Position numbers and translations under genes: made by a program. A DNA stretch of 64,000 bases from Lytechinus pictus (Eukaryota): assembly GCF_037042905.1 (NCBI RefSeq), contig NC_087245.1:29080001-29144000 (forward strand), written 5' to 3'. Under the pieces are notes generated by a model that made no database searches, was not told the DNA's origin, and saw only the letters and a program-made list of their open reading frames with translations. Within the stretch, counting starts at the first letter, position 1; the number at the start of each line of letters is the position of its first letter. This document shows, piece after piece, positions 1 to 12,771 of this stretch.

Positions 1-479
1 ACGACGTATAATGGCATAGAAGAAGAAAAAAATCATGGAAATACGAATGTTAAGTGTTTTCATTCATTTCATATTTTTATGATGAATGTGCATGCGTCAT
101 GGGATTCAATTATACATGGAGCGTGCCGAGGGCAATAATGCTTTCTGATAATCAGCAGAAACCATGGCAACCATGCATAGACAGAAAAAAAAAACATATC
201 ACATGGTGGCGTAAGACATGATTGGTCTTCAGAATCTATGTGTTGTCTTGACAATAACCATGATACTCATGGATTAATTGTATTGATGAAATATCGCCAG
301 ATCGATGAATATCAGAATTTAACATGATTTAGCCAGTCACTGTTCTCTGATACCAGACAGGTTTCTTTTCCGCATTAATATACATGTATTAAGACAGCGA
401 TTTCAAGAACTTTGCAAGCAATATGTTGTTGAAACTAATTTCAGACAATTAAAAGCCAATAACCGTCACAATTCTGCTA

Positions 480-639
480 CACAGTTAAAAAAATAGCACG
501 TTGTTTACATGGTTTAAGCCTGTCACTCTAACAACAAGTTGTTAAATTACTTGTTGTAATTGTTTACACTTTTTAAACAGTTGTTAGAGTGACGGGCTTA
601 AACCACGTGCTTTAAATTTTAATCAGTGTTTTTACAGTG
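480..639. mobile_element. CAC-terminal MITE (EnSpm/CACTA-like non-autonomous)
   Basis: ta|CACAGTTAAAA...TTTTTACAGTG|ta; internal inverted repeat GGTTTAAGCCTGTCACTCTAACAAC / GTTGTTAGAGTGACGGGCTTAAACC; TA flanks. Confidence 0.7.
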
Positions 640-729
640 TATAAGATGCAAGTATGTTGATAAAACATAATGTAAACGATTATGTTATAATATACATGTA
701 GTGTCCGCTCTTCGGATTCCCTCTAGGAG

Positions 730-766
<37 letters not shown>

Positions 767-807
767 GCTGCTGCTGCTGCTACGACTACTACTACTACTA
801 TACTGCA

Positions 808-872
<65 letters not shown>

Positions 873-899
873 TACTGCCACTACTACTACTACCACTAT

Positions 900-979
<80 letters not shown>

Positions 980-1160
980 ATAATAATAATAATACTACTA
1001 CCACTACTACAGCTACCACTACTACTACTACTACTACACTGTAAAAAATGATGTGCTAATTTAGCATTTACAGTGCTTGTATAGTGACTGCACTATGAGT
1101 GCTGATTTTCTAGTTTAAATTTGAACTACTACTACTACTACTACTACACTGCTACTAAAC
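730..1160 (+). repeat. (CTA)n microsatellite with CTG/TAA variants, interrupted by a MITE end at 1037-1125
   Basis: Direct observation; it produces the spurious poly-T/L/V ORFs. Confidence 0.95.
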
Positions 1161-1659
1161 TGCTGCCACTCCTAAGTACCCCCCCCCCCCTCCTTACACC
1201 ATGACCACTGCTATAATTCTGGTATATATACCTTTGGGGGGTAATGACTGCATTCTTGTCAAATTTACAGCGCTTGACATGAAATGCAATTACACCATGG
1301 ATTAAGCTGATATTTCACAAGTCACGTCTTAAATCATTATGGGGTAATAGGTGATAGGGTGCATCATCATTACCTGTATATAGTGATCTGAACAGACGGA
1401 CCGGCTGAAAGACCAGCCTACCTTGCACACATATGGTAGATATAGAGTGGACCTGGAAGTACTACGAACCCGCTGTGGGTAGGTAGCCCGTACTTTCGGC
1501 TTGGGACTTGGGGATACCCTAGAAGAGCAATTTCCAAAGTTTCCGCTTTCTCTCGATAAGAAATTGAGTTTTATCAGCGTCAGACCATCATAAATTACTT
1601 TCCCTCCGATTTTTCGAATTAATAATGCTATCTATTTCTTTTGGCGAGCAAACTAGCGA

Positions 1660-1831
1660 ACAACACCGGTCATTATACTCCAGTGTTAGATTTAATATTA
1701 GTTCAATGCCTATATTACAACACCTTTAGTCGTTAACATGGTTAACACTCTTTGGCTTTATGTTCAAATAAAGGGTGTGGCCGTCTTGGGACATCAACGG
1801 GTGTCAGTTTAACACCCCAGTTTGTAGAGCG
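1660..1831. mobile_element. Degenerate CAC-type MITE copy, inverted relative to the copy at ~4950-5190
   Basis: GGGACATCAACGGGTGTCA here versus TGACACCAGTTGGTGTCCC near 4956 (near reverse complement); repeated AACACC/GGTGTT motifs. Confidence 0.5.
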
Positions 1832-3469
1832 TAAGAAGGCTCTATCTCGCTCTCTCTACCCAGGAGTGGATATGTGTGACTCCTGGGACGATCGTGATCA
1901 AAACTAATAACAAAAGTTGCATCTGTTACCGTGTTTACACGTGCATCGGCATGATCGGCTCTCGGTTGCACACCGCGAGTCGACGCAGCGTGTAAACACG
2001 GCAACTCTTGGCATATACCGAGAAGAGATTCGAATTATAGTTCAGGTACGAGGCCGATTTTACTCGTATTGTTTTTCTCATAATTATTTGTTATTAACCG
2101 AAACTTACACAGTGAAACAGTCTACATTTCAGCTTACATTAAAGAATAGCCCAAGCCGGAAGTATCTTCAGTAGACAAGTTTGATAAACATGATTAAATA
2201 AAATAGCCTACGATATGAAAATCAGTCTCGTGGACACTCGGCCTCGTGGACCTCATAATACACCATGCGCCCAGTGAGGTACGAGACAGACGGGAGATGG
2301 GTGTCTATATGACTTGTCATAATAACCTTTTAAACAGATTTACTGCCCATGTGATGTGTTTACCTCAGCTCGTCAACCGACCATTAATGGCCGATAAAGA
2401 CGTTGAATATTTACATGACATGTCACGACCGAATCTTCCCAGCAATAATTTCCCCGTGATGAATCGCGATATCCAAACAACAAGGAGAAAATTTGCAAGG
2501 CAGTTTGATTTCTGTCACTCTAATACCCCGCTGACATTTGAGAGATGATTGTCTATCTTGGATGGAAACTTGGACTTGAAATCAGATACACTTTTTGAAA
2601 CCGGAGAATGGCGGTTTTAGCATCAATTAAGACACAGGTCGGTCATAGGTGGCGCTGTGCGGTGACTCACATCGTGAGTAGGTATACTTTTCTACTATAA
2701 AACATGAATGTAATATCGAATGTTATATACATTCGCGTATGAACTGTGTGCAACTGAACTATACACAAACGCAACAAGCATCGATATCGATGAATGATAA
2801 CTGAGAGACAATCATAAACATTTTTTACGGTTATCAGTGGTTTATCAAAGCCACGTGCATGTACGTGACGTTATTATCATCCATTAAACTGAGAAAAAAC
2901 ACAAGAAAAAAAACCAAAACTTAATAGGATCATGGACCTACCAATATGGAGACAGAATATTTGGCTTATTCAATAACATCTAGTGTCGTCCCTTCGAAAG
3001 GGGTTGGTGGCTATATGCGGGGGCTATGCCCCTGCACCTCCCATTGCCTTCTGTCAAGAATCTCTTCATAAACAAGACCAGTCCATTTCTTGGTATAATC
3101 AAACCGATTGCTTTTCTGCCTACCCCTCACCCTTCGGCCACGTAGCATGATCTATTTTTCTTGCTAGATTGGAACCCAGGTGCATACAATCTTTGACTTA
3201 AATCAAGATAAACGTAATGATACGCTTACATGAGTGTTACAACATTGAAAAAAAAAACAGGGAAATGCAGTATCTCATCAACAAGTACCTAAGTTATTCA
3301 AATATGAAAAAAAGAACACAAGTCCCTAAATTGCTATCATTTCCTGAATATACAGCAAAAATGACGGGTAGAGCACCTGACACTCTCACGATTCTGGACA
3401 AAAATCAAGTACATTCAGACGTCAACTTATTAATTACATCCGGACATTGAAGTAAAGAGACATGCCCCC

Positions 3470-3660
3470 GCATCTTTTTTCCACAACCATGTACAAAAAC
3501 ATAAAAATGACAATCTGATTATCATTTTTGCATGGTCAGCCCCCCCCCCCCACTTTTTTCCACAACCATGTACAAAAACATAGAAATGACAATCTGATTA
3601 TCATTTTTGCATGGTCAGCCCCCCCCCCCCCCACTTTCAAAACCGTTCCGCGGCCCCTGC
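3470..3660 (+). repeat. Two-copy ~80-bp tandem repeat at the end of a poly-C MITE
   Basis: TTTTTCCACAACCATGTACAAAAACATA(A/G)AAATGACAATCTGATTATCATTTTTGCATGGTCAGC(C)n occurs twice, then CCGCGGCCCCTG. Confidence 0.8.
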
Positions 3661-3769
3661 AAGTAGACTATGGCGGTGTTCCCAAAAGACAAGGCAGTTC
3701 ACACTGGTTCACAAGTAATAAGGCCTACCATAGGCCTATCGACAAGAGTCATATTTCCGGTCGGTTCAG

Positions 3770-4885
3770 TCAGGGACGGCGGAGCGAAGTTGAAAGTAGG
3801 GGGGGGGGCACAGGGGAAAAATGGCACCTTTTGTTTCGAAAAGGGCATTATCTTAAACATGGCCGTATGCATATTTTTTTTAGCTGGGGAGCAGCACGCG
3901 TCAACTTTTTGGAAAAAAACTTGAAAGCGAGGGAGAAAAGCGACCGAGCTTATCATTGAGCCGCGTTTGCACTTTGTTAAGTTTTGTGCATACTTTTGGT
4001 GGATTTTGTGAAAATCTGCAGTGAAGGAATGAGTTTTTCAAAAAGTTTTCAAAAAAAAAACCGGCGCTAAATAAAGAAACCGGGGCACATCGGGCACGAA
4101 AAGAGTGGTTTTCAGGACAACTTATCTTACATGAAGAACAGACACCTATGATAAGGCAAGGGGGCACTCGTAAACACATAAGTCCTTCTCAGGTGAAACG
4201 GGCACAGAACACGTTCGTGGGGGCACTTTTCTTACGTAGGTAAAAAGGGGTATACTGATAGGAGAACGGGCACCTATAAAACAGCAAAGGGGCACTTGCT
4301 AACGGCGTAAAACGGGTCCTTCTCAGATGAAAGGGGCACGGGACATGTTCGTAAGGGGCACTTTTCTTGGGAAAAAAGGGCACTTACAAGAAGGCAATGG
4401 AGCAATTGCTCAGACATAAAACATGTGAAAGGGGAATAGAATACGTTCGTGTGGGGCACTTTCTTTGGGTAAAAAGGGGCACTGATATGAGAAAGGGCAC
4501 CTATAAGATGGCAAAAGGGCACTTGCTATAAAACGGGTCTCAGGTGAAAGGGGCATAGAACACGTTCGTGAGGGGGAATTTTTTGTAAAATTTGGCACTG
4601 ATACAAGATATGGCATTTGCTAACACATGAAACGGGTCCTTTTCAGGTGAAAATGGCAAAACCACAGAACACGTCCGTGAGGGGGCATTTTCTTTTGGGG
4701 GGGTGGCACTTATACGAGAGAGGGCACTTGGTAACACCTAAAACGGGTCCTCTTCAGATGAAAGGAGCACAGTACACGTTCGTGAGGGGGCATTTTTTTT
4801 CTTGCGTAAAAAGGACACTTTTTAAGTGCTTCAAAAAGTGGGGGGGGGGGGGGCACTGTGCCCCGCCCCCAGGATCGCCACCCTG
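3770..4885. mobile_element. Poly-G/C non-autonomous element with internal minisatellite
   Basis: Starts CAGGGACGGCGG..(G)n and ends (G)nCACTGTGCCCCGCCCCCAGGATCGCCACCCTG. Internal degenerate repeats (CTCAGGTGAAA.GGGCAC.GAACACGTTCGTG.GGGGCA), ~5 copies at 4185-4800. Confidence 0.6.
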
Positions 4886-6727
4886 GGTTCAGCAATGTTG
4901 AATGTAACGATCTGACATTGTATATATTCATGTACAAACTGGTTCGTTGAAATGTTGACACCAGTTGGTGTCCCTACGGAACCACACACTGAGGTGTTAA
5001 AATTACGCCCTATAGAGATTGAACATAACACCAGAGTGTAAAAGTAGCAACCAAAAGGTGTCGTAATAACATCAATACGTGTTGAACCAACACCAACAAT
5101 CAACACCGGGGTAAAATGACTAGTGTGGTCCTCAATTATGTCTACATGTATGTACAATATCCAAAGCCACAATTTTTGCTGTAACAGTGTAATGTCCATG
5201 GAAAGAGCAAGCCTTCGAGATCACTCTTTCTGATCTGGCCCATTCCTTGGCTTGCACATCCTTTCGACGGGAGAAGGGGGGGGGGGGTAAAGGTGAACCG
5301 ATGGTGTCCTCAAGTGTTTACACAGTAAGGTCAAGCTACATTCCCAGTCAATTACCATGATGCGATTCTCATTGCTATGTTATCGTGACTTGATAACAGC
5401 GAGACCGCGTATACACCCCGAGGCGCAGTTCAGGGTTTACCACCCGGTTCCAAATTTGGCCTCGAAATACAGACCCTGTTCTGAGCTCAATTGCGTCAGC
5501 GGCGATATCTTTGCCCCCGGAACCTTGCATACTTGATGACAATGCAACGGATTCAAAGGTTAATACGGATTACGGACATTAGTTCTTCTCTATCTGCATT
5601 TATTCTGTGCTCATCACGACCAAACCTGGCAATCTCCTTGACCATTCTGGGGTCACAACGGGAATAATCCAGAGAAGTTTGGTGAAAATCCAATCCATTA
5701 GACTACAATGCATTGGCTAGCCCAGACTGTGGACCATGGCTCTCGTGAAACAAGACATATTGACTTCAAGACATTTATCCTCTTGTAGAGGTTTTGTGGC
5801 TCAGTGGAATAATCGCAGGACTTTGAACCACAGAATCCGGGATTCAAATCCCACCCCAGTCGTTGGCGCGTCGCGTCTTGTATTTGTAAAGCAGAAGACC
5901 CACATGTACGTAATAGACCTACTTGTAAATACAACGAATCAGTGGTAGGCCCACTTAGTTTGGTCAGATAAATTTTAACGATACTCTCGAAATTTCAATA
6001 ATTCAAAATAAATCCAGATCAGCTCTGAATGTAAAAAAAAGTGACCAGCCGACTCCCAGTAGATTTAGATTTAAATCCTTTGGAAGATTTGAATTCATTA
6101 TTTTGAGAATTAAAAGTTAATTATCAGAATAAAAATAAATCAAATTTTCGGCTGATCACTATATTCACAACAACTACCGATCTTGATTAACATGTAAATA
6201 CTTAAATTTAGCGTGCATATTGTTATACTACAGGCTTATTATTTACAAGGGGTGGTGGCTAACGAACGCAGTAGCATGCTGGTAAATTTTATAAGCAATT
6301 TTACATAGGGCCTACACGTGTATGCTACAATATTAACTGGGATTATATAATAAGGGACTTGCCTTCTTACATGTACTTCACTTTCTTGACGGAAACATAT
6401 ATAGCGCCCTCATAAATTACAGAAATTACTGTCAAGCAAAAAGTAAGAGCCCCTGTCCAAGCCGAAGTGAATTTCTTCCTCCTCCATCTCGATCTGTACA
6501 CCTGAGCATAAATCATTCCACCCAGGGAAACGGGTCATTAGAAATATCAGATGGAAATTTCTACGATCCTCGGAAGACTTTTATGAAGGTTTCTCGTGGT
6601 CGGCATTGAACTTTCTTGATGATTTATTGGCCTGACGAGATTAGTAACTGTAGCGTAAACAGATGGAACTCACCAATCAGACGTAACACAGGATTCGAAA
6701 TACAGAGCACGAATATATTTTAATCTA

Positions 6728-6959
6728 TACTGTAAATTTCAAGGATTAAAAATAAATCAAGATCGGCTGTGCAAAGTGACCAGCCGAATTTGGGGTTTAT
6801 GTTCAATCTCAAGGATTAACTTTGAAATCTCAAAAGATTTAAATTCAAATCATTTAGTAATATATCCCATTCCACAAGATTTAAATCTAATTCATATATT
6901 CGATTGGTCACTCTTCGCTGCTTATATGGATTTATTTCAAATCCTTGGAATTTAGAGTG
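6728..6959. mobile_element. CAC-terminal MITE; older related copy at ~5983-6215
   Basis: ta|TACTGTAAATTTCAAGGATT..AAATAAATC ... GATTTATTTCAAATCCTTGGAATTTAGAGTG|ta; shares AAAGTGACCAGCCGA with the copy at ~6038. Confidence 0.65.
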
Positions 6960-7323
6960 TACCGAATATGTGAATTTTCTTTCAAATGCTAGAAAAATCA
7001 ATGATTGTAATTATTGTATTGTAAAAGTTGTATTTTTTTTAGTATATGGCAGAGTGATGCGGCACCCAGTAGAGTTAATGGTCGTTACAGCATGCAGAGT
7101 CGAGAGTGCGTCACATAAACTAGAATTGACTTTACTCCCACACCCCGGTGTGTCTCTCTCATGAGCTAACTAGCACAGCATGAAAACCTGAAATAACTTG
7201 ACCTCCAGAAACCAGATGTTGTTATTGGTACTAATATATCTCTTCATTCGAGAATTTCTGGATTAACTACGGAACAAATGAGTTGAATGATTTAAATAAT
7301 TTGGTACAGAAATATTGAAATAA

Positions 7324-7990
7324 TACCCCTTTCATACTACCCTCTTCATTTTTCACCGGTGAACTTCACCGGCGAACTTCTCCGCCTCGCATTCCTCACT
7401 TCCCCGGCGAAGAAAAAAATGTACCCTTTCGCACTGACATTTCTTCCCCGGCGAAAGTCAACAGGCGATTGCAGAACAAACGAAAGAAAATTGTAAAACA
7501 TTACTTCTTACCTATTACAAAAAGGTATCAACAAAATAATTATAACGTATTTTGGAAGTATTACGATAAAAACAAACAATATCACCTTGTTTTTATATTT
7601 TAACGCATTTTATACATGTAAAAAGTGCTTTTTAATAAATATTGTTCGTAAAAAAAAAATTATGTTCGAGGGTATCTACTTGGCCTTAGCATTCAGCTGA
7701 GCTTGCAACTATCGCGCGCGGAATCTCGGTACAAAGGACTTCGGGAGAGAAAAAAATTGACCTCTGACGTCATTAAAGAGGAGAAGTTCTCCGGTTTGCT
7801 TTCATACTGGCCTTTTCACCGGCGAACTTCGCCGGTGAAACAGTTTCGCCGGCGAAGTTCTCCACCTCTAGAGGTGGAGAAGTTCACCGGCGAAGTTCAC
7901 CGGTGAAGTTCTCCTGTGTACCTTTCATACTGGACACTTTCCCCTTCGCTGGCGAAGTTCGCCGGTGAAAAGCGCAATATGAAAGGGGTA
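7324..7990. mobile_element. PIF/Harbinger-like MITE
   Basis: TIR TACCCCTTTCATA / TATGAAAGGGGTA; TAA flanks on both sides; many subterminal CACCGG(T/C)GAA(C/G)TTC repeats. Confidence 0.75.
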
Positions 7991-8869
7991 TAAGTCACAG
8001 CACAAGAACGAATGCTTGAAAACCTTGAGAGATCTTCCACGTAAACCCCTTCGGATCAACCATTTTTGTTGAGAGATTCGATGATGTTTGGATTTTATGC
8101 TTTGATAAAGTCGTTTGAAATTTAAATATTCACTAGGGTACAAAACTTTAATAAATCGAGATATATGTCATTATTCCCAGTAGCGCAAGGAGTCAATTTT
8201 TATGGGGGTGGGGCAGACAGGGCATGAGGCAAAATGTTTTAAAAAGCTGCGAGCGAGTTACAATTTTGACCATTGTAGATTTTGACATAATATTCAGCAG
8301 AAAATACCACGTTTCACCCCTGTTCCTTTTTCTTTGCTTTCTTTTTCTTTTTTATTTACTGGTCGTGAAAAGTTTGGGGGTCCATGCCCCCGAGCCCCCA
8401 ACAGGCCTATACATGTATATACAAATGTGTTCCTGCCGAAGCATATGCAATGGATGGTATTCTGTAATTTTACAACGCATTGGATAAGGACCTGTGCAAA
8501 TATGACGAAATACTAGATGATTCTTTCATTTGGAACAGAGCTCTATTGAGCCACATACTGAAGATCCGGCCACAACAAGGCCACAACGCCAAAATACCTC
8601 ATGGAAAATAGCTGAAGCAATAGACGGTCTGATCTAATCATCTCCCGTTCCCCTATGCGGTCATTGATCGGGTGTAAATTAAATTTGGGACATTCATGGT
8701 GCATCCATCAAGTTTAAAATGAAAGAATTTCCGGTTGTCATTGGAACTGTGTTGCAAAGAGTGTGTCATATTGAGATACGGCTCAGATAAAATAGAAATA
8801 GGAAGGTTAAGGGGACTCTAGAAATGGTGGACAAAATAGCTTTAATAATGGTTACAATAATTAATAATA

Positions 8870-9029
8870 CACTCTTGAACAGGATTGGCCAGATTAGCCA
8901 ATACGTTGTTGAATGGTCCGACCGACCCAAATCAAACAACGATATTGGTTACCAGACTACTGGTTGATATTAATAATTAATATTAATACAAATAGGTTAC
9001 TTTGGCCAATCCTTATGCTGTTATGAGTG
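8870..9029. mobile_element. CAC-terminal MITE
   Basis: ta|CACTCTTGAACAGGATTGGCCA ... TGGCCAATCCT...TATGAGTG|ta. Confidence 0.6.
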
Positions 9030-9534
9030 TAGTATACTCTAAATTCGATATTCGAAGACTTACATATAGAAATGCCTTTTCTGACATGTCTGAGGTCTTG
9101 ATTTTTGCCTTAAAATGAATCAAATAAAGAATATCATATGCTTTTTAATATATTACCTAAGAAACAAATAAGATCATCGTCTTAACGCCATCGGCTGATC
9201 TAGTGGAGGCCAAATTCTTTTATTCTGTTTTATGTGGTTTTCTTCCAATAAATTGGCAAAATTCTCGTAAATCGACTCATCATCTATAGAAAGCAAATAA
9301 ATGGACCCAAAGAAGAACTAGACAATAAAAGCATATATTTCGTTAGAAAGTACAACGCTCGCAATACTATCTAAAATTCGAAGCCTTAAATGATGAACGT
9401 TTGAATATCATGAGGAACAATTGCTGTGTTGTATTTTAAGATTATTCTTCGATTTTACCGATGAATCACAAAGACACATAAGACCAATGATGATAACCGT
9501 GATGATGATATTAATAATGATAATGATAACATAA

Positions 9535-9885
9535 TTATAATAATAAACCGCTCTTATACAGCATTTAATACATCGCAACAACGTCCCTGAGTGCTTTAAA
9601 GCTACAACCCTATCAAGTATCATCGGATCCTGATATGCCCGCATACAATGCATGCACTTTCTCCACTCCCTTGTAAGCATTCCAACAAGATTTTTCAACC
9701 TCAGTTGCTCGGCATACACGTACTACATAGGTTTCGCATCCTACCGGGGTGCAGAATTCAACACCTGGGTGGAGAGTGGTTTGCCGCCTTGCCGAAGGAC
9801 GCGAGGCCGCGGTGTGCATGGTGTGTGATTCGAACACACGACCCTCTGATAACAAGGTGATAGTCAAAACAGCTACACCACGACG
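9535..9885 (-). mobile_element. tRNA-derived SINE
   Basis: Minus strand: A/B-box-like head (GTGGTGTAGCTG...GTTCGAATC), central GGCAAGGC...CCACTCTCCACCCAGGTG segment, (TTA/TCA)n tail. Confidence 0.65.
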
Positions 9886-11499
9886 ATGACTGTTGTCTTC
9901 TTAAATTCAAAGTGACCAGAGACGAAGCGAAACCTCTGATCGAGTCCCAACCATGAATCAACGTTTGAATCACTGGAGACGTCTACGTAGAAATGTCGTT
10001 GCAATATACCAGGACATATGGTCTGCATATGTACTTCACCTGTATAGTTACATGGCTTCTGATATTCTTAACGATGAAGTTATCAACCCAGACGGCCTAA
10101 GGCATATCATGATTTGGTGATTTGCTGATGACATACCTCTATTTTAGCAGGTTGATGACGGAGACTATACGTTTTACCGAACATTTGTCGGATTCGACGG
10201 ATTGATAATAATTAAAAAAAACTAAATACAAGGGGGAATTATAAGGTTCTGGGGGGGGGGGGGACTTTATCCAGGGAAGTCGATCTAGGAGCAGTCAATA
10301 GACGAAATTTCAGCAGATTATTCTAGATATAAACATCTATTCGTTGATGGGCACTGTGAGTGTGCGTCGATTCCTATAGTGGCCATTGCCGTATATACGT
10401 ATCGGGGGGAGCGACAGTTTTTTTTTGCTGAAAATTTTCAAAAAAAAAATCATCAAAAGCGTGAACGGAATCCTTCAATTTTACTTTTCAAAATGCTAAA
10501 TCACCCCCAATGACAAGCTCGGTCGCTTCGCTCCCTCACTTTCGAGTTTCTTCAAATATTTTACGCGTCCTGCCCCCGGAAAAAAAATATGCGTACGGCT
10601 AGTATGATAGTGGGATGTGTGTATTAAAGGGCATTCGAGTCCCTATCTACACGTGCATGGCGTGCAGCGGAATCTTGCAGCTCGTAATATTCACTAAATT
10701 ATTATCCTAAAAAATAAACTATAATGTGGAGTGCATGTGCCCACTTGGTCGACGCTCATCCCATTACCACAACCTTGCTGTTAACCCTCAACAGGTTCTG
10801 TAGTCATGGGGGCAATTTTCCAAAGTACACATTTTTCTTTCCCTCTCTTTCTCGGTCACTGCCCTGGTGACGTCATGACTCTGAGTGTGAGGAAAATATT
10901 TAATTTCCCCCACCACCTCGTAAATGCCCCACCAGCACCCGAATATCCCATCAGAAATTGCATATCCCTGGAAATACAGAGATCCATCATAAAAAGCATT
11001 GAATCATAACGTAGAATCGCAGGAAAGGGGTTAAAAAGAGGGATCATTTCTCAAAAACTTGATGCCTCTTCCGACTCGCTGCACAAAGTTATTATTTTAT
11101 GGAATGCTACTTCTGACATTGCGGATTTTCGGGAGTTCCCGTGGGATGGTTCCTTGTCACGCATGGCTTTCAATAGTTTCCTGTATTTAGAGTAACGAAT
11201 ACTTGACTGACCCAGTATATTTATTGCTTTTTCACCGTTTTTCACGTTCTCTCTATTTTCCTCATTCCATCTCCCCTTTTGTTCATATCTTAATTTGCCT
11301 CTCTATTTTAGCCCGTCTAATCCTGCATTTCGAAGTTGGTTCAAGTACGACCCTACCGACTGCTGGTTAAAACAAACTGGCATGCAACATGAATTGGGAT
11401 GTTTACCAACAATCGGACTGTTCATATTTAATCCAACTTGAAAAAAAAATTGTCCACGTCTAGTTTCCAAGAATGCATATACCTTTTTTCCATTTATTT

Positions 11500-11632
11500 G
11501 AATGCAGGATAAAAGAGTACTGTCAATGTAATGCCTTGCTCACGGGGATAAGTGCCGTGGCCGGGGATTGAATCTCGGAATTTCAAATGACTAGTCGGAG
11601 CCGCGGCATGCCGTAGACCACGCAGCCACGTC
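11500..11632 (-). mobile_element. SINE 5' fragment (tRNA-like head)
   Basis: Minus strand GTGGCTGCGTGGTCTA...GATTCAATCCCCGGCCACGGCAC...GAGCAAGGCATT. Confidence 0.5.
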
Positions 11633-12419
11633 AGACGATACAACCAACTTTCGGGAGCATGCAAATACATTACACGGGTTAGTTAAAAAATATATGGGAG
11701 TGTGTGATGCTCAAAATAATAGGTCTACTCCGATATTGCTTATTTCACTGTTTTTTTTTCTTCTTATTTTCTGTATAATTTGTTTCCTTGGGGTTTCTTT
11801 CAACATGATCCCTACATTTTGGATCCACCTCCTAAATGATTATGCCGTTATATGTTCTCTGTTTCCCTCGCGTGCCAAGTCTTACTCTTAGCTTACATGG
11901 TAGTATTGTCAACCATGACTCGTATACATTACCTATGTGTGTTGCATTGCATTACAAGTAATTTTCTCATATAATTCCATCTTTATATACATTGTACTTA
12001 CAACATGCAGAATGTGGTTTGTATGAAGGAAAATAATTATGCACACTTTATATTTTCAGAATCAGGCTAATATTAATCGGCAACTGCAATCCATTTGCGA
12101 AATACAGGGGACCATAATTATGCGTTGCCATGGCAAACGTCATGAGAAATACAATCAGACGATAAAAAAAACCTTTGGCGTAATAATCACTGCATTTCGT
12201 AATGATAACAGAATGAGGTAATGGTCATTGATGAACGTTATCTCCATGGTCAGATGTAGTACGTGCTTTCTCGGTGTTTTAATGAGCAGTCCGACCATGA
12301 AATGTCTTGCCAGATCTTGGCATATACTCGGGTTCGAGGAAAGGGCAAAGATACAACATTTACAAGCATTGATATTAATTACAATACCATGGATTTTTCA
12401 CATTTGAGCAGGTATATAA

Positions 12420-12771
12420 GGGGAAATGGTAAAGAGCCCAACACATGGGGGGGGGCTTTGGTGGCTCTTGCCAAATTTTTCCCGACCAAGAAAAAAAAGA
12501 GAAAAGGAAAGAAAGGGAAAGAGAGAAGGGTGAAATATGGTATTATTTTCACACTCTTAAAAGGGTTGGCAAAAAAAAGCCAAATTTTAACCATCACTGG
12601 GCAACATACTGTCCACACAACTTTTGGTTAAAATCTGTCCAAAAACTATATCACAAAATTGAAGTTTTAAAATAAAAATGTCGAAATTTCTTGCTCGCTC
12701 GCAACCTTTTTAGAATTTTGCCCTATGCCTTAAATCTCACCCCTCCAAACTTTTGGCTCATTACGCCACTG
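12420..12771. repeat. Poly-G/C, GCGAGCGAGC-containing interspersed repeat family (MITE-like); further fragments at ~8180-8420, 10380-10600, 13000-13180, 18040-18245, 20935-21190, 37050-37265, 41900-42105
   Basis: Shared ends TACGCCA(C/G)TG, G/C homopolymer runs and (G)CTCGCTCGC/GCGAGCGA motifs. Confidence 0.55.

Noticed and set aside
701..1051. Poly-Thr/Leu/Val ORFs
   Set aside because: Translations of the (CTA)n microsatellite; not genes.
4185..4800. Regularly spaced repeats that look CRISPR-like
   Set aside because: Units are degenerate and the 'spacers' resemble each other; eukaryotic context with no cas genes. It is a minisatellite within a MITE.
5795..5860. tRNA-like sequence (GTGGCTCAGTGG...GGATTCAAATCCC)
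   Set aside because: Stems do not close into a cloverleaf; it resembles the SINE heads elsewhere in the window (e.g. GACTTTGAACCACA at ~56804), so it is not a tRNA gene.
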